Origin: Macrostomum lignano
Taxonomy: Eukaryota
Assembly: GCA_002269645.1 (NCBI GenBank)
Contig: NIVC01001517.1
Span: 124,001 to 188,000 of the forward strand
Direction: 5' to 3'
DNA length: 64,000 nt
Shown here: positions 1-12,616 of the stretch, one piece after another
How the letters are laid out: the number at the start of each line of letters is the position of its first letter
Numbering within the stretch: position 1 is the first letter of the stretch
Notes under the pieces: model-generated
Databases searched by the model: none
Seen by the model: the letters and a program-made list of their open reading frames with translations, nothing else
What the model was told of the DNA's origin: nothing
Made by a program: the position numbers and the translations under genes

Positions 1-2303
1 CTTGTTGACTGTTATACCACAGGTTACATTCCCACAATCTGGAGAATGTCCAGAGTCGTGTTCATCCCGAAACCTGCTAAGGGTGACTACACCAACGTGA
101 AATCCTTCCGGCCCATCAGCCTCACTTCCTTTTGTGTTAAGCTGATGGAGAGGCTCATCCTGTGGAGGCTTCGAGAGTGCGACCTGCGCTCCGACCCTGT
201 CAGTAAGTACCAGTACGCCTTCCAGCCTGGGAGGACGACTGAGCATGCTCTCCACGCCATTACCTCCAAAATTGAGAGTGCCATCCTTAGCAAACAACTC
301 GCTTGCGGGTTGTTCGTTGACTTCGAAGGAGCATTTGACAATGTCCTCTTCCGCTCCTTCAGAAATTCTCTTTCCCGCAGGAATGTAAGACACAGCATTG
401 TTCGCTGGATTTATTTTATGATCCGCAAAAGGTTTGTGACATCCACACTTATGGGCGTTACCCTCACCCGGGCGGTGATGAAAGGCGGCCCGCAAGGTGG
501 CGTGCTAACTCCACTTCTCTGGAATCTCGTCATGGACGAACTTCTAACCGCTGACATTCCCAGCAGTATCACCAGGGCGGGCTACGCCGATGACGTTGCC
601 GCGGTCGTCAGCGGACCCGACCCCGCCACTCTGCGCAACCTGATGCAGCAATTCGCCGACAAGGCGGCCGACTGGGCTACACAGCATGGCCTAAAAATCA
701 GCGTCACTAAGACTGTCGCTGTCGTTTTCACCAAGCGCCGTAATGGGAGATGAAAAACCTCACTGTCTATGGCAGAAACATCCCCTTCAAGAAGGAGGTC
801 AAATACCTCGGTGTGACGCTAACGCATGACCTGCGCTGGACGAAGCACCTTGATAACGTCATCGGTCGGGCAAAACGCTGCTTTGCCCAGCTGCGCAGAG
901 CCATCGGGCCGACTTGGGGCCTCTCGCCTAGAACGGTCCGTTGGATTTATACCGGCATCATCCGGCCCAGTATCACATACGCGAGTCTCATCTGGACTAG
1001 CGTGCTGGAGCAGAAGGCCGCCCGTCAGCGGCTGTACCAGCTTCAGGGCAGCATTTGCCGTGCCATCACAGGTGCGTACCCGTCCACCCCTTACGAGGGG
1101 CTGAACACTATCCTTAACCTACCTCCGCTTCACCTATTTATTAGGGCGGAGGCTATGAAGTCTGCCTCCCGGCTTATCAGAGATAAAACGTTAAATAACG
1201 CGCCCTCTGGCTTTATGCCAATGAAAACATTAATCCCGCATATGGACTTTGTCCGCCGCGACCTTAACAACATCCACATGGACCTGGGCAATGTGGATAG
1301 TCGACCTCCCGCCCTCAACATCAGGAGGGGCTTCAAGACCGCCATCCCTGGCCGAGACAACATTCCGCTGGATGTCGGTGTGAACCGGCGCAGCCAGGGC
1401 ATTCACTGCTTCACCGACGGCTCGCTGTTCAACGGCCGCGCTGGAGCGGGTATTGCCATTTTCCACGAGGGTAAGATGCTTCTCCAGGAAAGTCTGCACC
1501 TCGGTGAGAACACCTCAGTTTTCCAAGCTGAAATTTGCGCCATTGAGCAGTGTGCCCAGCAACTGTTTCAGGCGAACATTAATAATTTTGACATTAATTT
1601 CTACACTGATAGCCAAGCTGCTATTAAGGCCTTAACCACTGAGAATATCTCCGCTGCTACAGTATCTCAATGCCACCGCAGTGTGCAATCTCTCTCAGTC
1701 CTTAACAGGATTAGAATTATCTGGACACCTGGTCACAGCAACATCCTGGGCAACGAGCTCGCGGACTCTCTCGCCAAGGAGGGCAGCAACCCAGACGGCA
1801 ACCACCGTCTGATGAGGCTACCCACCCCCAGGTCGCAAGTCACCCGCCATATCAACAGGTGGCTCCATCAGCAGCACCAGCTCCACTGGAACAGCTGCAC
1901 CGAGTACAGGCAGAGCCGCTCTGCCATGCCTAACCTGAACAGGATATTCTCTGATTATCTGATTTCGCTTAACAGAACCGACCTCAGGGAGATGTGCATG
2001 GTCCTAACCGGCCACGGATTCTTCCAGAGACATATATCGTTGCAAACCGGTTGCCCTCCCACCTGTCCCTTCTGTGGCATAGGAGAGGAGACCGCGGAGC
2101 ATCACGTCACCTTCTGCCCTTACTTCAACAAGGCGCGGCACAAATACCTCGGCCACCCCCAGCGGATGGACGAGCTGACCACCGCGGACAATATCCGAGA
2201 CCTCCGCGCCTTCGTCCGGGCCTCCGGCCGGATGAGGGTCGCCGATGCCTCCACTGCGGACCTGCCGACTACTGGCGGGGACTGGGCGCACCCCCAAGGC
2301 TAA
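1..2303 (+). CDS. LINE pol ORF (RT-RNase H-zinc finger), split by a -1 frameshift near 745-750
   Basis: ORFs 46..753 and 750..2303 are consecutive parts of one RT (FTKRRNG / [22 protein letters not shown]). Adding one G to the GGG run (aat ggg gag atg) fuses them. Confidence 0.9.
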
Positions 2304-2395
2304 TCCTTGTGCTCTTTTACCTTGGGGTTGCGATAGGGGCCTCGCGGCCTATTCGCGGCGCCTGCGCCCCCCGTCAGTAGTAAGTAAGTAAGTAA
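1..2395 (+). mobile_element. Non-LTR retrotransposon (LINE) with RT + RNase H + CCHC finger; 5' part lies outside the window
   Basis: The frame is open from base 1 ([25 protein letters not shown]). RT motifs [39 protein letters not shown]. RNase H motifs [32 protein letters not shown]2CX8HX4C finger ([18 protein letters not shown]). Short 3' UTR ending in (TAAG)3TAA at 2381-2395. The layout resembles LOA/I-group LINEs (inference). Confidence 0.95.
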
Positions 2396-4120
2396 TTGCC
2401 CCGCCCCCCTCCCCCCGGACAGGGAGGTGGCTTCACTGTGCACTGAAACTGTTTTATTGGGTTTCAACTTTCAATTGAATGAAGCTGAGGCGTCCCCTCT
2501 ATTGCTGGCCAAGTCAAAAGTTCAATTGGTCCAGTTTTAATTTGCACTTAGCCAGAACCGCTGATAATTGTTATTATTCAATGTAGATATTATTATGTAC
2601 AGTCATTATGTACAATCAATAATAAACCAAATTTAAGTACATTTCTGTACATCTGCGTGACTGAAATTGGGTAGAAAAATAATAGTGAAAAACTTGATTG
2701 ATCATGCGGCTTGTACATTTTTTGTCTATTTGTACGCCAGTATGATTGTAACATTACTTAAATACATTTTCAATATTTCGTGCAATGTTTAATGATAATA
2801 ATGGCAACCCCAAGATGACGAAACAAAACAGTTGAATGTTACAAATTTATCACAGAAAAAAGAGCTAAAAGATAGCGAGCGCTACGTAAGGGCGACACCA
2901 CCTGTCCGCAATCGCTCTACCTACTAGAGGAATAGAATTCCGATTTCCAAGAAATAACAGTTAGCGAGACAACCCGAGACTTCCCCCGGTGCAACTTGAA
3001 GCGCACACAAGTTGAAAACTTGTTAAATTGTTACGGTTTTCATTGGCTGAACTACCGCGCAGTCCGCAACGGCTATTATTAGTGAACATACGCCAAGTGG
3101 CCAACTGTCGCGACAGTGCAGAGTTGCTATTTTTTCGATATTACCTGACGAGAGCAGTCATGAGTCACGGAAAAGGCGTCAGACACTCAGACAGTATACG
3201 AGCCGGGACCACAGGTGTGCATAAAAACTTATGGAAAAAAAGTATGGAAATAAAATAGAGACAAGGCAACAAGTGACGCCAGAGATGGGGTTCTGGCCAT
3301 AGATAGGTGAATAAAAGCCGCTCTCGAATGTCAAATGCACGCATGCGGTCGCAATACAGTTATAGAGAAGCGGCCGCACAATCACCTGTTATGCGAGTCC
3401 CCGCCCCGCCCATGGCAAGGAGCAAGAACTAAGTATATAGTTTAAAGTATAGTAGAGGTCGAAGCACTTCACCTGTTGTATTATTATATATGCGGTAAAT
3501 TATGGGTTATCCAGTGAATTCGCTTTTCAATTGCCTGTGGCCACCCATTTTCACGCTTTACTCATTTAGGAACCGAGGCTAAATGAGGAGGTGGGAGTTA
3601 TTTTCATTAGGGTGACAGGTTGGCCAGTCACCCGAGATGGACACGGGAGATAAATTGAGAATTGAGAACTGAAACTCGAAAGTGTCATGCCTGAGGATGA
3701 TGGGCCAGATTTCACCTAGCAATGACCTCCCGGTTATATGGGACTCAAATTCAATGGATTTTACCTGTGTATAGGGATAGGAATAATTAGGCACCTCGGA
3801 CACCTACGTGAGGGATGAGGGGGAAGTGGTGAAGCGGGGTTCGGCTCCGCCCCCGACCCCCAGCATGGCAACCAAAGGCTGCATTCATTCAGCAACCCCT
3901 ATATGAAATTATTCTAAAGATTTTAATCGCCTGGGTCCACTCGGGACCGCTGCATTGAGAAACGTGTGAAGGTTTTAGCGGCTCATTTAAAAAAACTTGG
4001 TTGCCGCAGTGACCGGTAATAAAGGTAAATATTGAACTTATATGACTGACGTGCTAAGCAAATATTGGAATTTAATATTATTAAAAGATTTTGCAAAATT
4101 TCTTTCAATACAAAGTTTAC

Positions 4121-4895
4121 TCTGAAGCACTCCCAATATCCCTAAAGCACTCCCAGTATCCCGAAGCACTCCCAATACTCCTGAAACATTCCAAATATCC
4201 CTGAAGCACTCCCAGTATCCCCGAAGCACTCCCGATACTCATGAACCATCCCAAATATCCCTGAAGCACTCCCAGTATCCCGAAGCACTCCCAGTATCCC
4301 GAAGCACTCCCAATACTCTTGAAACATCCCAAATATCCCTGAAGCACTCCCAATACTCTTGAAACATCCCAAATATCCCTGAAGCACTCCCAGTATCCCC
4401 GAAGCACTCCCGATACTCATGAAACATCCCAAATATCCCTGAAGCACTCCCAGTATCCCGAAGCACTCCCAGTATCCCGAAGCACTCCCAATACTCCTGA
4501 AACATTCCAAATATCCCTGAAGCACTCCCAGTATCCCCGAAGCACTCCCGATACTCCTGAAGCACTCCCAATGCTCCTGAAGCACTCCCAATACTCCTGA
4601 AGCACTCCCAATACTCCTGAAGCACTCCCGATACTCATGAAGCACTCCCAATACTCTTGAAGCACTCCCGATACTCATGAAGCACTCCCAATACTCTTGA
4701 AGCACTCCCAATACTCTTGAAGCACTCCCAATACTCCTGAAGCACTCCCAATACTCCTGAAGCACTCCCAATACTCCTGAAGCACTCCCAATACTCCTGA
4801 AGCACTCCCAATACTCCTGAAGCACTCCCAATACTCCTGAAGCACTCCCAATACTCCCGAAGCACTCCCAATATTCCTGAAGCACTCCCAATATA
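4121..4895. repeat. Minisatellite, about 20-bp unit CTGAAGCACTCCCAATACTC with 19-21-bp variants
   Basis: Direct tandem copies are visible; they explain the minus-strand ORFs at 4038-4900. Confidence 0.95.
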
Positions 4896-5517
4896 CCCAC
4901 GAAGCCTCCTATAGCAGCACCTACAGCCTTTTAACTTTCTACGGCCTTATCACAATAGAAAATTCAAATTGATTGACCAAAATATGCAAAGTTATAATAT
5001 GATGGAGCCTGAATCCTAATTGAACCCTCTTACCGTCCCTTATCTAGCTTCAAGATCTGTCAGTGCAGTTATTCGAAACGGTAGGCGGTGTTAATTCCCG
5101 GATCCCCATCCATTACCTCTCCATCGCACTGCAGGTGACGCAACTTGGTATTCGAAAATACCAATGGAGACTCATTACCATGAATTGAAAACTTGCCCAC
5201 CCAAAAAACTTTGAATACCAAAGTGCAGGTGCTAATGGGCCGCCCGTCATCTCCAATACCGTATTAAGGTTTGTTCGCGAAAAACAACAAAAGGTAATTC
5301 ACCTGCATAAGCTGCAGTTTTATATTGGTATTAATTGCATGGACATTTCCTAATGAAATTTAGCCCGCGGGACAAAGCTAGCGAGACCTTCTGAACTAAT
5401 GGAGAAGGTCTCAGCTCAGGCAGGTGCAAATTGAGCGGATTATCTCAGGTATTTTGCGGGCTAATAAAGCACACCTTAACAACCAAATAAGTACCGTAAC
5501 TTATTTTCACACAGGTA

Positions 5518-6260
5518 TCTCTGACTCTCGTGGGTTCCTCTGTCTGTCTCATCTCTGACTCTCGTGGGTTCCTCTGTCTGTCTCATCTCTGACTCTCGTG
5601 GGTTCCTCTGTCTGTCTCATCTCTGACCCTCATGGGTTCCTCTGTCTGTCTCATCTCTGACCCTCATGGGTTCCTCTGTCTGTCTCATCTCTGACTCTCA
5701 CGGGTTCCTCTGTCTGTCTCATCTCTGACCCTCATGTGTTCCTCTGTCTGTCTCATCTCTGACCCTCATGGGTTCCTCTGTCTGTCTCATCTCTGACCCT
5801 CATGGGTTCCTCTGTCTGTCTCATCTCTGACCCTCATGGGTTCCTCTGTCTGTCTCATCTCTGACTCTCACGGGTTCCTCTGTCTGTCTCATCACTGACT
5901 CTCATGGGACCCTCTGTCTGTCTCATCTCTGACTCTCGTGGGTTCCTCTGTCTGTCTCATCTCTGACTCTCATAGGATCTTCTGTCTGTCTCATTGCTGA
6001 CTCTCATGGGATTCTCTGTCTGTCTCATCGCTGACTCTCGTGGGTTCATCTTGTCTGTCTCATCTCTGACTCTCATGGGTTCCTCTGTCTGTCTCATCTC
6101 TGACCCTCATGGGTTCCTCTGTCTGTCTCATCTCTGACCCTCATGGGTTCCTCTGTCTGTCTCATCTCTGACTCTCATGGGTTCCTCTTTCGATCTTATC
6201 TCTGACTCTCAGCATGGGCTCCTCTGTCTGCCTCATCTCTGACTCTCGTGCTTTCTCAGT
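5518..6260. repeat. Minisatellite, 34-bp unit CTGACTCTCGTGGGTTCCTCTGTCTGTCTCATCT
   Basis: Units start at 5521 and 5555; the array degenerates at its right end. Confidence 0.95.
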
Positions 6261-6892
6261 GTCATCTTTCATCTTTCAACCTGTCGCATCTTTGAATCTC
6301 AATAGCATACGAGTCTCAGCTGCTGACTCTCACTGCTTCTTCCACGCAGTCTCAATCAATCCCTCATCAGCTGCAGCCGCACAACCTGCTAAAACAGTCT
6401 TCGCCATGAAGCATCCGTGACCCTCGATAAGTGCAGTTTTGCAAGGAAGAAAATCCCAGCACATAATTATGCAAAACACAAATCTATGCGTACATTCGTA
6501 CTCGAAGCGGAACCACCCAAGTCCGCAGTTAATTGCAGTTGAATTTCGAGTTTCGTTCCACACGAACTCCCTGCAGCTAAACAAAGTTATTAAACTTCAC
6601 AAGGGCTCGTTGCGCGAAAAGGAAGGAATTTAAATGCATATTATGCTAAGTTTGCGTTTGTCAAGAACGGCGTCTCCTGATCTATTAAGTCAGTTATCAA
6701 GCAGAACCCAAGGACTGTGGCTTTCAAATGCTGACTTTCCACATGCAGTCGTCAGCTGACTCGCTCAGCCGTTCATCTCGATGCTAATTTTACACCAGGT
6801 TTTTATCGATTTTTTTATGGCACTTGAATAAAAAACACTGCTGATAACTGACGGCTCACTTTGCACAGTTAACACACAGTCTCTTAGCTGCC

Positions 6893-7640
6893 TCCATCTA
6901 CACCTGCCAGTCTCCATCTACCCCTGCCAGTCTCCATCTACCCCTGCCAGTCTCCATCTACCCCTGCCCGTCTCCATCTACCCCTGCCAGTCTCCATCTA
7001 CCCCTGCCAATCTCCATCTACCCCTGCCCGTCTCCATCTACACCTGCCAGTCTCCATCTACACCTGCCAGTCTCCATCTACCCCTGCCAGTCTCCATCTA
7101 CCCCTGCCCGTCTCCATCTACCCCTGCCAGTCTCCATCTACCCCTGCCCGTCTCCATCTACCCCTGCCCGTCTCCATCTACCCCTGCCCGCCTCCATCTA
7201 CACCTGCCCGTCTCCATCTACACCTGCCCGTCTCCATCTACACCTGCCCGTCTCCATCTACCCCTGCCCGTCTCCATCTACCCCTGCCCACCTCTATCTA
7301 CACCTGCCCGCCTCTATCTACACCTGCCCGCCTCTATCTACACCTGCCCGCCTCTATCTACACCTGCCCGCCTCTATCTACACCTGCCCGCCTCTATCTA
7401 CACCTGCCCGCCTCTATCTACACCTGCCCGCCTCTATCTACACCTGCCCGCCTCTATCTACACCTGCCCGCCTCCATCTACACCTGCCCGCCTCCATCTA
7501 CACCTGCCCGCCTCCATCTACCCCTGCCCGCCTCCATCTACCCTATGCCAGCTCTATCTACCCAATGCCCACTGCTATCTACCCAATGCCCACTCTATCT
7601 ACCAAATGCCCACTCTATCTACCCAATGCCCACTCTATCT
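6893..7640. repeat. Minisatellite, 20-bp unit CTCCATCTACCCCTGCCCGT, drifting in sequence along the array
   Basis: Tandem copies in 20-bp register are visible. Confidence 0.95.
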
Positions 7641-8056
7641 ACCCTTCTACCTCTGTTTACTCAGGCCCACTATTTAACACAATAAGCAATCATCAGCGCC
7701 CCAGCCAGCCAGAAGTCCGGCATCAACCATTAAAATGGAAAAGGAGCAGCTCTCAAGACAATTCACAAGCCAGCTTGCTCAGAATTTATTGGCCAGTTAA
7801 TTAATATGTACAAGTAGATATAGTTGTAACGCATGAGGTGCAGCGCCACAATAGCCTGGGCCCTAATTTGTGGGGTCAGGGCTCGGTGAGCGCGACTGGC
7901 ATTATCGACACGAAATTATGGAAACCCCAAAAAATCACAAAAGTGGTGAAACCAACAGTCTGTTGGGCCAATTTCGCTTCGATTGTGGAGCATGAAGGCT
8001 AGAAGTCTGGATTGGAAACTAACTGGATGAGACTGGCCCGAACCAGGGATCATGTT

Positions 8057-8932
8057 GCTGACTCAGCGCTCATTCTGCTGACTCAGTGCTCATTCTGGTG
8101 ACTCAGTGCTCATTCTGGTGACTCAGTGCTCATTCTGGTGACTCAGTGCTCATTCTGGTGACTCAGTGCTCATTCTGGTGACTCAGTGCTCATTTTGTTC
8201 ATTCAGGGATCCTGTTGGTGACTCAGTGCTCATTCTGGTGACTCAGTGCTCATTCTGGTGACTCAGTTCTCATTCTGGTGACTCAGTGCTCATTCTGGTG
8301 ACTCAGTGCTCATTCTGGTGACTCAGTGCTCATTCTGGTGACTCAGTGCTCATTCTGGTGACTCAGTGCTCATTCTGGTGACTCAGTGCTCATTCTGGTG
8401 ACTCAGTGCTCATTTTGTTCATTCAGGGATCCTGTTGGTGACTCAGTGCTCATTCTGGTGACTCAGTGCTCATTCTGGTGACTCAGTGCTCATTCTGGTG
8501 ACTCAGTGCTCATTCTGGTGACTCAGTGCTCATTCTGGTGACTCAGTGCTCATTCTGGTGACTCAGTGCTCATTTTGTTCATTCAGGGATCCTGTTGGTG
8601 ACTCAGTGCTCATTCTGGTGACTCAGTGCTCATTCTGGTGACTCAGTGCTCATTCTGGTGACTCAGTGCTCATTCTGGTGACTCAGTGCTCATTCTGGTG
8701 ACTCAGTGCTCATTCTGGTGACTCAGTGCTCATTCTGGTGACTCAGTGCTCATTCTGGTGACTCAGTGCTCATTCTGGTGACTCAGTGCTCATTCTGGTG
8801 ACTCAGTGCTCATTCTGGTGACTCAGTGCTCATTCTGGTGACTCAGTGCTCATTTTGTTCATTCAGGGATCCTGTTGGTGACTCAGTGCTCATTCTTGTG
8901 ACTCAGTGCTCATTTTGTGACTCAGTGCTCAC
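8057..8932. repeat. Minisatellite, 20-bp unit ACTCAGTGCTCATTCTGGTG with a recurrent 40-bp variant
   Basis: Highly homogeneous tandem copies; the variant occurs at 8181, 8401, 8561 and 8841. Confidence 0.95.
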
Positions 8933-9433
8933 CCCAAGGCTGCATCTCACTGACGCACCTCAAGGCTTGTACTTATGAGGATTGTGAAGTTGCCCCGCCA
9001 GATGCTCTGTCTAGAGCTCCGCGGGCTGAACCGGTTCCAACACCGACAGCCTTCGCAGCCCAGCGGGAGGTCCATGCCTACTAATTTTTCATAAATTTTT
9101 ACCCTCTAGCTGGCATTTTAGCGACTGGCTTTCAACTTTGCATCTCATCTGCGCTGCTGTTTCCCCAGGCTTGGAGTAGCCGTGTCTCAGTCTCGCTAAT
9201 GAGCAGGTGTTGCAGCGTTTGCCTTGTCCGTCTGTCTGCTTTTGTCCGTCTTTTAGGCTCGGTATTTGCTGCCTGTGTGTATTTGAACTCGGACACAATG
9301 GCCGCGGGCTATGCAAGGTGATTAGGGAGTCACAGGAACCGAAAATTGGTGAGGTTCTGTGCGTGCCTTGCTGCTTTGTGACACTTAGACTGGGCATTTG
9401 TTCTGTCAGCTGATGGGAGGTTCACCGCTTTAG

Positions 9434-10165
9434 AGATGGGAATTCCCTGTTGCAGATATGGGGAATTCCCTGCTGTAGATATGGGGAATTCCCTGTTGCA
9501 GATATGGGGAATTCCCTGTTGCAGATATGGGGAATTCCCTGCTGTAGATATGGGAATTCCCTGCTGTAGATATGGGGAATTCGCTGCTGTAGATATGGGG
9601 AATTCGCTGCTGTTAGATATGGAGAATTCCCTACTGTAGTTATGGGGAATTCGCTGTTGTTAGATATGGAGAATTACCTACTGTAGAAATGGGGAATTCC
9701 CTACTGTAGATATGGGGAATTCCTTGCTGTTAGATATGGAGTATTACGTACTGTAGAAATGGGGAATTCCCTGCTGCAGATATGGGGAATTCCCTGTTGT
9801 TAGATATGGACAATTTCCTACTGTAGAAATGGGGAATTCCATAACTGTAGATATGGAGAATTCGCTACTGTAGATATGGGGAATTCCCTGCTGCAGATAT
9901 GGGGAATTCCCTGCTGTAAATAAACTGAGGGGAATTGCCTGATGTAGATATGGGGAATTCGCTGCTGTTAGATATGGAGAATTCCCTACTGTAGATATGG
10001 GGAATTCCCTACTGTAGTTATGGGGAATTCCCTACTGCAGCTATGGAGAGCTCACAAATGTAAATTTGGAGAATTCCCTACTGTAGATATGGATATTTCC
10101 CTACCGTAGATATGGAGAATTCCCTTCTGCAGCTATTGATAATGCCCTATTACAGATATGGAGAA
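9434..10165. repeat. Degenerate minisatellite, about 23-25-bp unit GATATGGGGAATTCCCTGCTGTA
   Basis: Tandem copies with a GAATTC core are visible. Confidence 0.9.
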
Positions 10166-10544
10166 TTCCTAGACACACAGAGTGCATGTCAAAAATTGGA
10201 TGGCAAATCCAAGGTACAGCACAAATGTCTCAAACAGTAATTACGGTAACAGTGTGAGCAGTGCTGGCTCCGCTAAATGCACTCGGAGTCCAGGCTGAGA
10301 AGTGCTCAATAAATCCAACGGAGAACGCATTAAAGGCAGTTCCCAGGCTCGGATTTGGTCTCAAGCCGGCCCTCCTGCTGCGGTCATTCGGCCAAGAGCC
10401 TCTCAGGGCTTGGAAGGCTGGCGAAGTGGCGGACCACCCAGTGCCGCGTGCGTCTGATGACAAGCTGTCAATCTGACAGCTCGCGTAGCATATTTTGAAT
10501 TTGACCCCTTGACGAATTGGCCTGGCATTTTGAGGTTACTTTTG

Positions 10545-11050
10545 GCGCCACTGAGGTGTCTTTTTGGCACCTCGAGGTGTCCTTTTGGCGCTACTGAGGT
10601 CTGAGGTGTCCTACTAGCACCACCTGAGGTGTCTAGCACCTGACTAGCACCTGACTAGCACCACCACTTTTAAGCACCACTGAGGTGTCTTTAAAGCGCC
10701 ACTGAGGTGTCTTTTAAACGCCACTGAGGTGTCTTTAAAGCGCCACTGAGGTGTCTTTTAAACGCCACTGAGGTGTCTTTAAAGCGCCACTGAGGTGTCT
10801 TTAAAGCGCCACTGAGGTGTCTTTTAAACGCCACTGAGGTGTCTTTTGAAGCGCCACTGAGGTGTCTTTAAAGCGCCACAGAGGTGTCTTTTGAAGCGCC
10901 ACTGAAGTGTCTGTTAAAGCGCCACTGAGGTGTCTTTAAAGCGTCACTGAGGTGTACTTTTAAGCGCCACTGAGGTGTACTTTTAAGCGCCACTGAGGTG
11001 TACTTTTAAGCGCCACTGAGGTGTACTTTTAAGCGCCACTGAGGTGTACT
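10545..11050. repeat. Minisatellite, about 22-23-bp unit GCGCCACTGAGGTGTCTTTAAA
   Basis: Tandem copies are visible. Confidence 0.9.
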
Positions 11051-11471
11051 TTACTCAGTATCCAAGATTGCTTCATTGCCAGGATTAAAGGTTTTTGCTA
11101 CAGAGATTACAGTCACGCTATAGTGCTTGCATAGTTAGTGGCAGCTATGAAATATGAGAATGAAATGAAAATGCCTGCATGCGTTTGAGGCCGCATCCAT
11201 ACGAGAGATCCAGAACTAGAACCTTGTTCGAGAACCTTGGAACTTGGCTACTACTTCCTTTGCCGCATCACTACGAAAACAATTATTTACTGAAGAAAAC
11301 ATGCAGCTAGAGACCAGCAACCCCAGCTCCCGTTCACTCAGCTGCGCCTCATTTTGAGTCATTTGGAATAGCTCAAAAACCTTGGCCGATTTTCATTTTC
11401 TGTTGAAGCCTGAAGCATTCATCACTCTCATTCTAATTGATTGACAGGTGGCGGGTTGAGAGAGGTGAAGC

Positions 11472-11474
<3 letters not shown>

Positions 11475-11544
<70 letters not shown>

Positions 11545-11861
11545 CCTGCGGACCCGTGAAGGAGCCTGTTCTGCAGCCTGGCCACTCCATGCAGAGCTGC
11601 AATTAAGCATGCTGCAGGCCTCCTGTGCATCTGTGCATTCAACTGTTGTTGCAATACCTTTTTGTCTATCATGTCTAATTGGTGTCTGGTGGTGGCCAAG
11701 ATGAGCTTTCATCATTGAGCCCGAGCTCTGACATTGCTTGCAGCTGCAGCAATTAATTAGGCAGTTTAAGTGGTCTGGAGGGGCCACCTCACCCAGTGTG
11801 CTCTGCTGACTCAGCCTGCTCATGTAGCTTAAATTGCTTGGCATAAATGATAGATAGATAA

Positions 11862-11952
<91 letters not shown>

Positions 11953-11961
11953 CATAGATAC

Positions 11962-11994
<33 letters not shown>

Positions 11995-12003
11995 CAGATA
12001 GAC
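11475..12003. repeat. (GA)n microsatellite (11475-11543) and (GATA)n microsatellite (about 11850-12003)
   Basis: Direct reading. Confidence 0.95.
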
Positions 12004-12197
12004 ACAAAGCCGCAGTGAAAGTGACCCAGGCTGCCACTTGTCAGAGGTGCCAAATTGACTGCCCAGCGGGCGGTTTCCAATTAGGCGAGTATTTAAAAAA
12101 ATCAGTGATCGGAGCGAAGTGGGAGGCGAGGCCTCAGCTGATAATTGCCCCGGCTTCCCCTTGGCCGGCACTTCACAATGCCTGACTTTGCTCGCCG

Positions 12198-12616
12198 CTA
12201 AGCACGCAGACCATTGGGCGCAACATTAAGGAAGTCGCTCCGGACGCCAGTGGAGCTTGCAGCCTCCCGCGGCGATCCTGGAAGCTTCTTGAACAGCTCA
12301 GAGACACCCCGCTGTGACTTGCCGCCGAAGGCTGAAGCCAAGCGCGAGAATGGGGATTTAGTTTTCTTTGAAGATCCCATTTCGATTCGACTCCCAACAA
12401 TGGCCCTCTGCTTTTCCTGCAAAGTCGCTCCTCCCACCGTGCCTGCGGGGAGCTCCGACTTCGTTTTGGATTTGGGGTCAGTTGGCGGACCCCCGCCTGT
12501 GACACAATCTGGCGGCTTCCTCTCTGGATGCACCCACGGTTTTTCTTCCAGTTGTTGAAAATCTGCTCTATAAAGTTTGCCATCGATACATATCGGGAGA
12601 ATAACTTCAACGCTAT
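12198..12616 (-). CDS. Possible terminal exon of an unidentified gene
   Basis: Non-repetitive stop-free frame (SVEVILPICIDGKLYRADFQQLEEKPW...KSPFSRLASAFGGK...NGLRA*) preceded by an acceptor-like ttttattgtctccatctacattag. No family recognised, and the antisense frame is also open. Confidence 0.3.

Noticed and set aside
8057-8932. CRISPR-like regular array
   Set aside because: The units are contiguous with no unique spacers, the interspersed variant is always the same sequence, and the context is eukaryotic with no cas genes.
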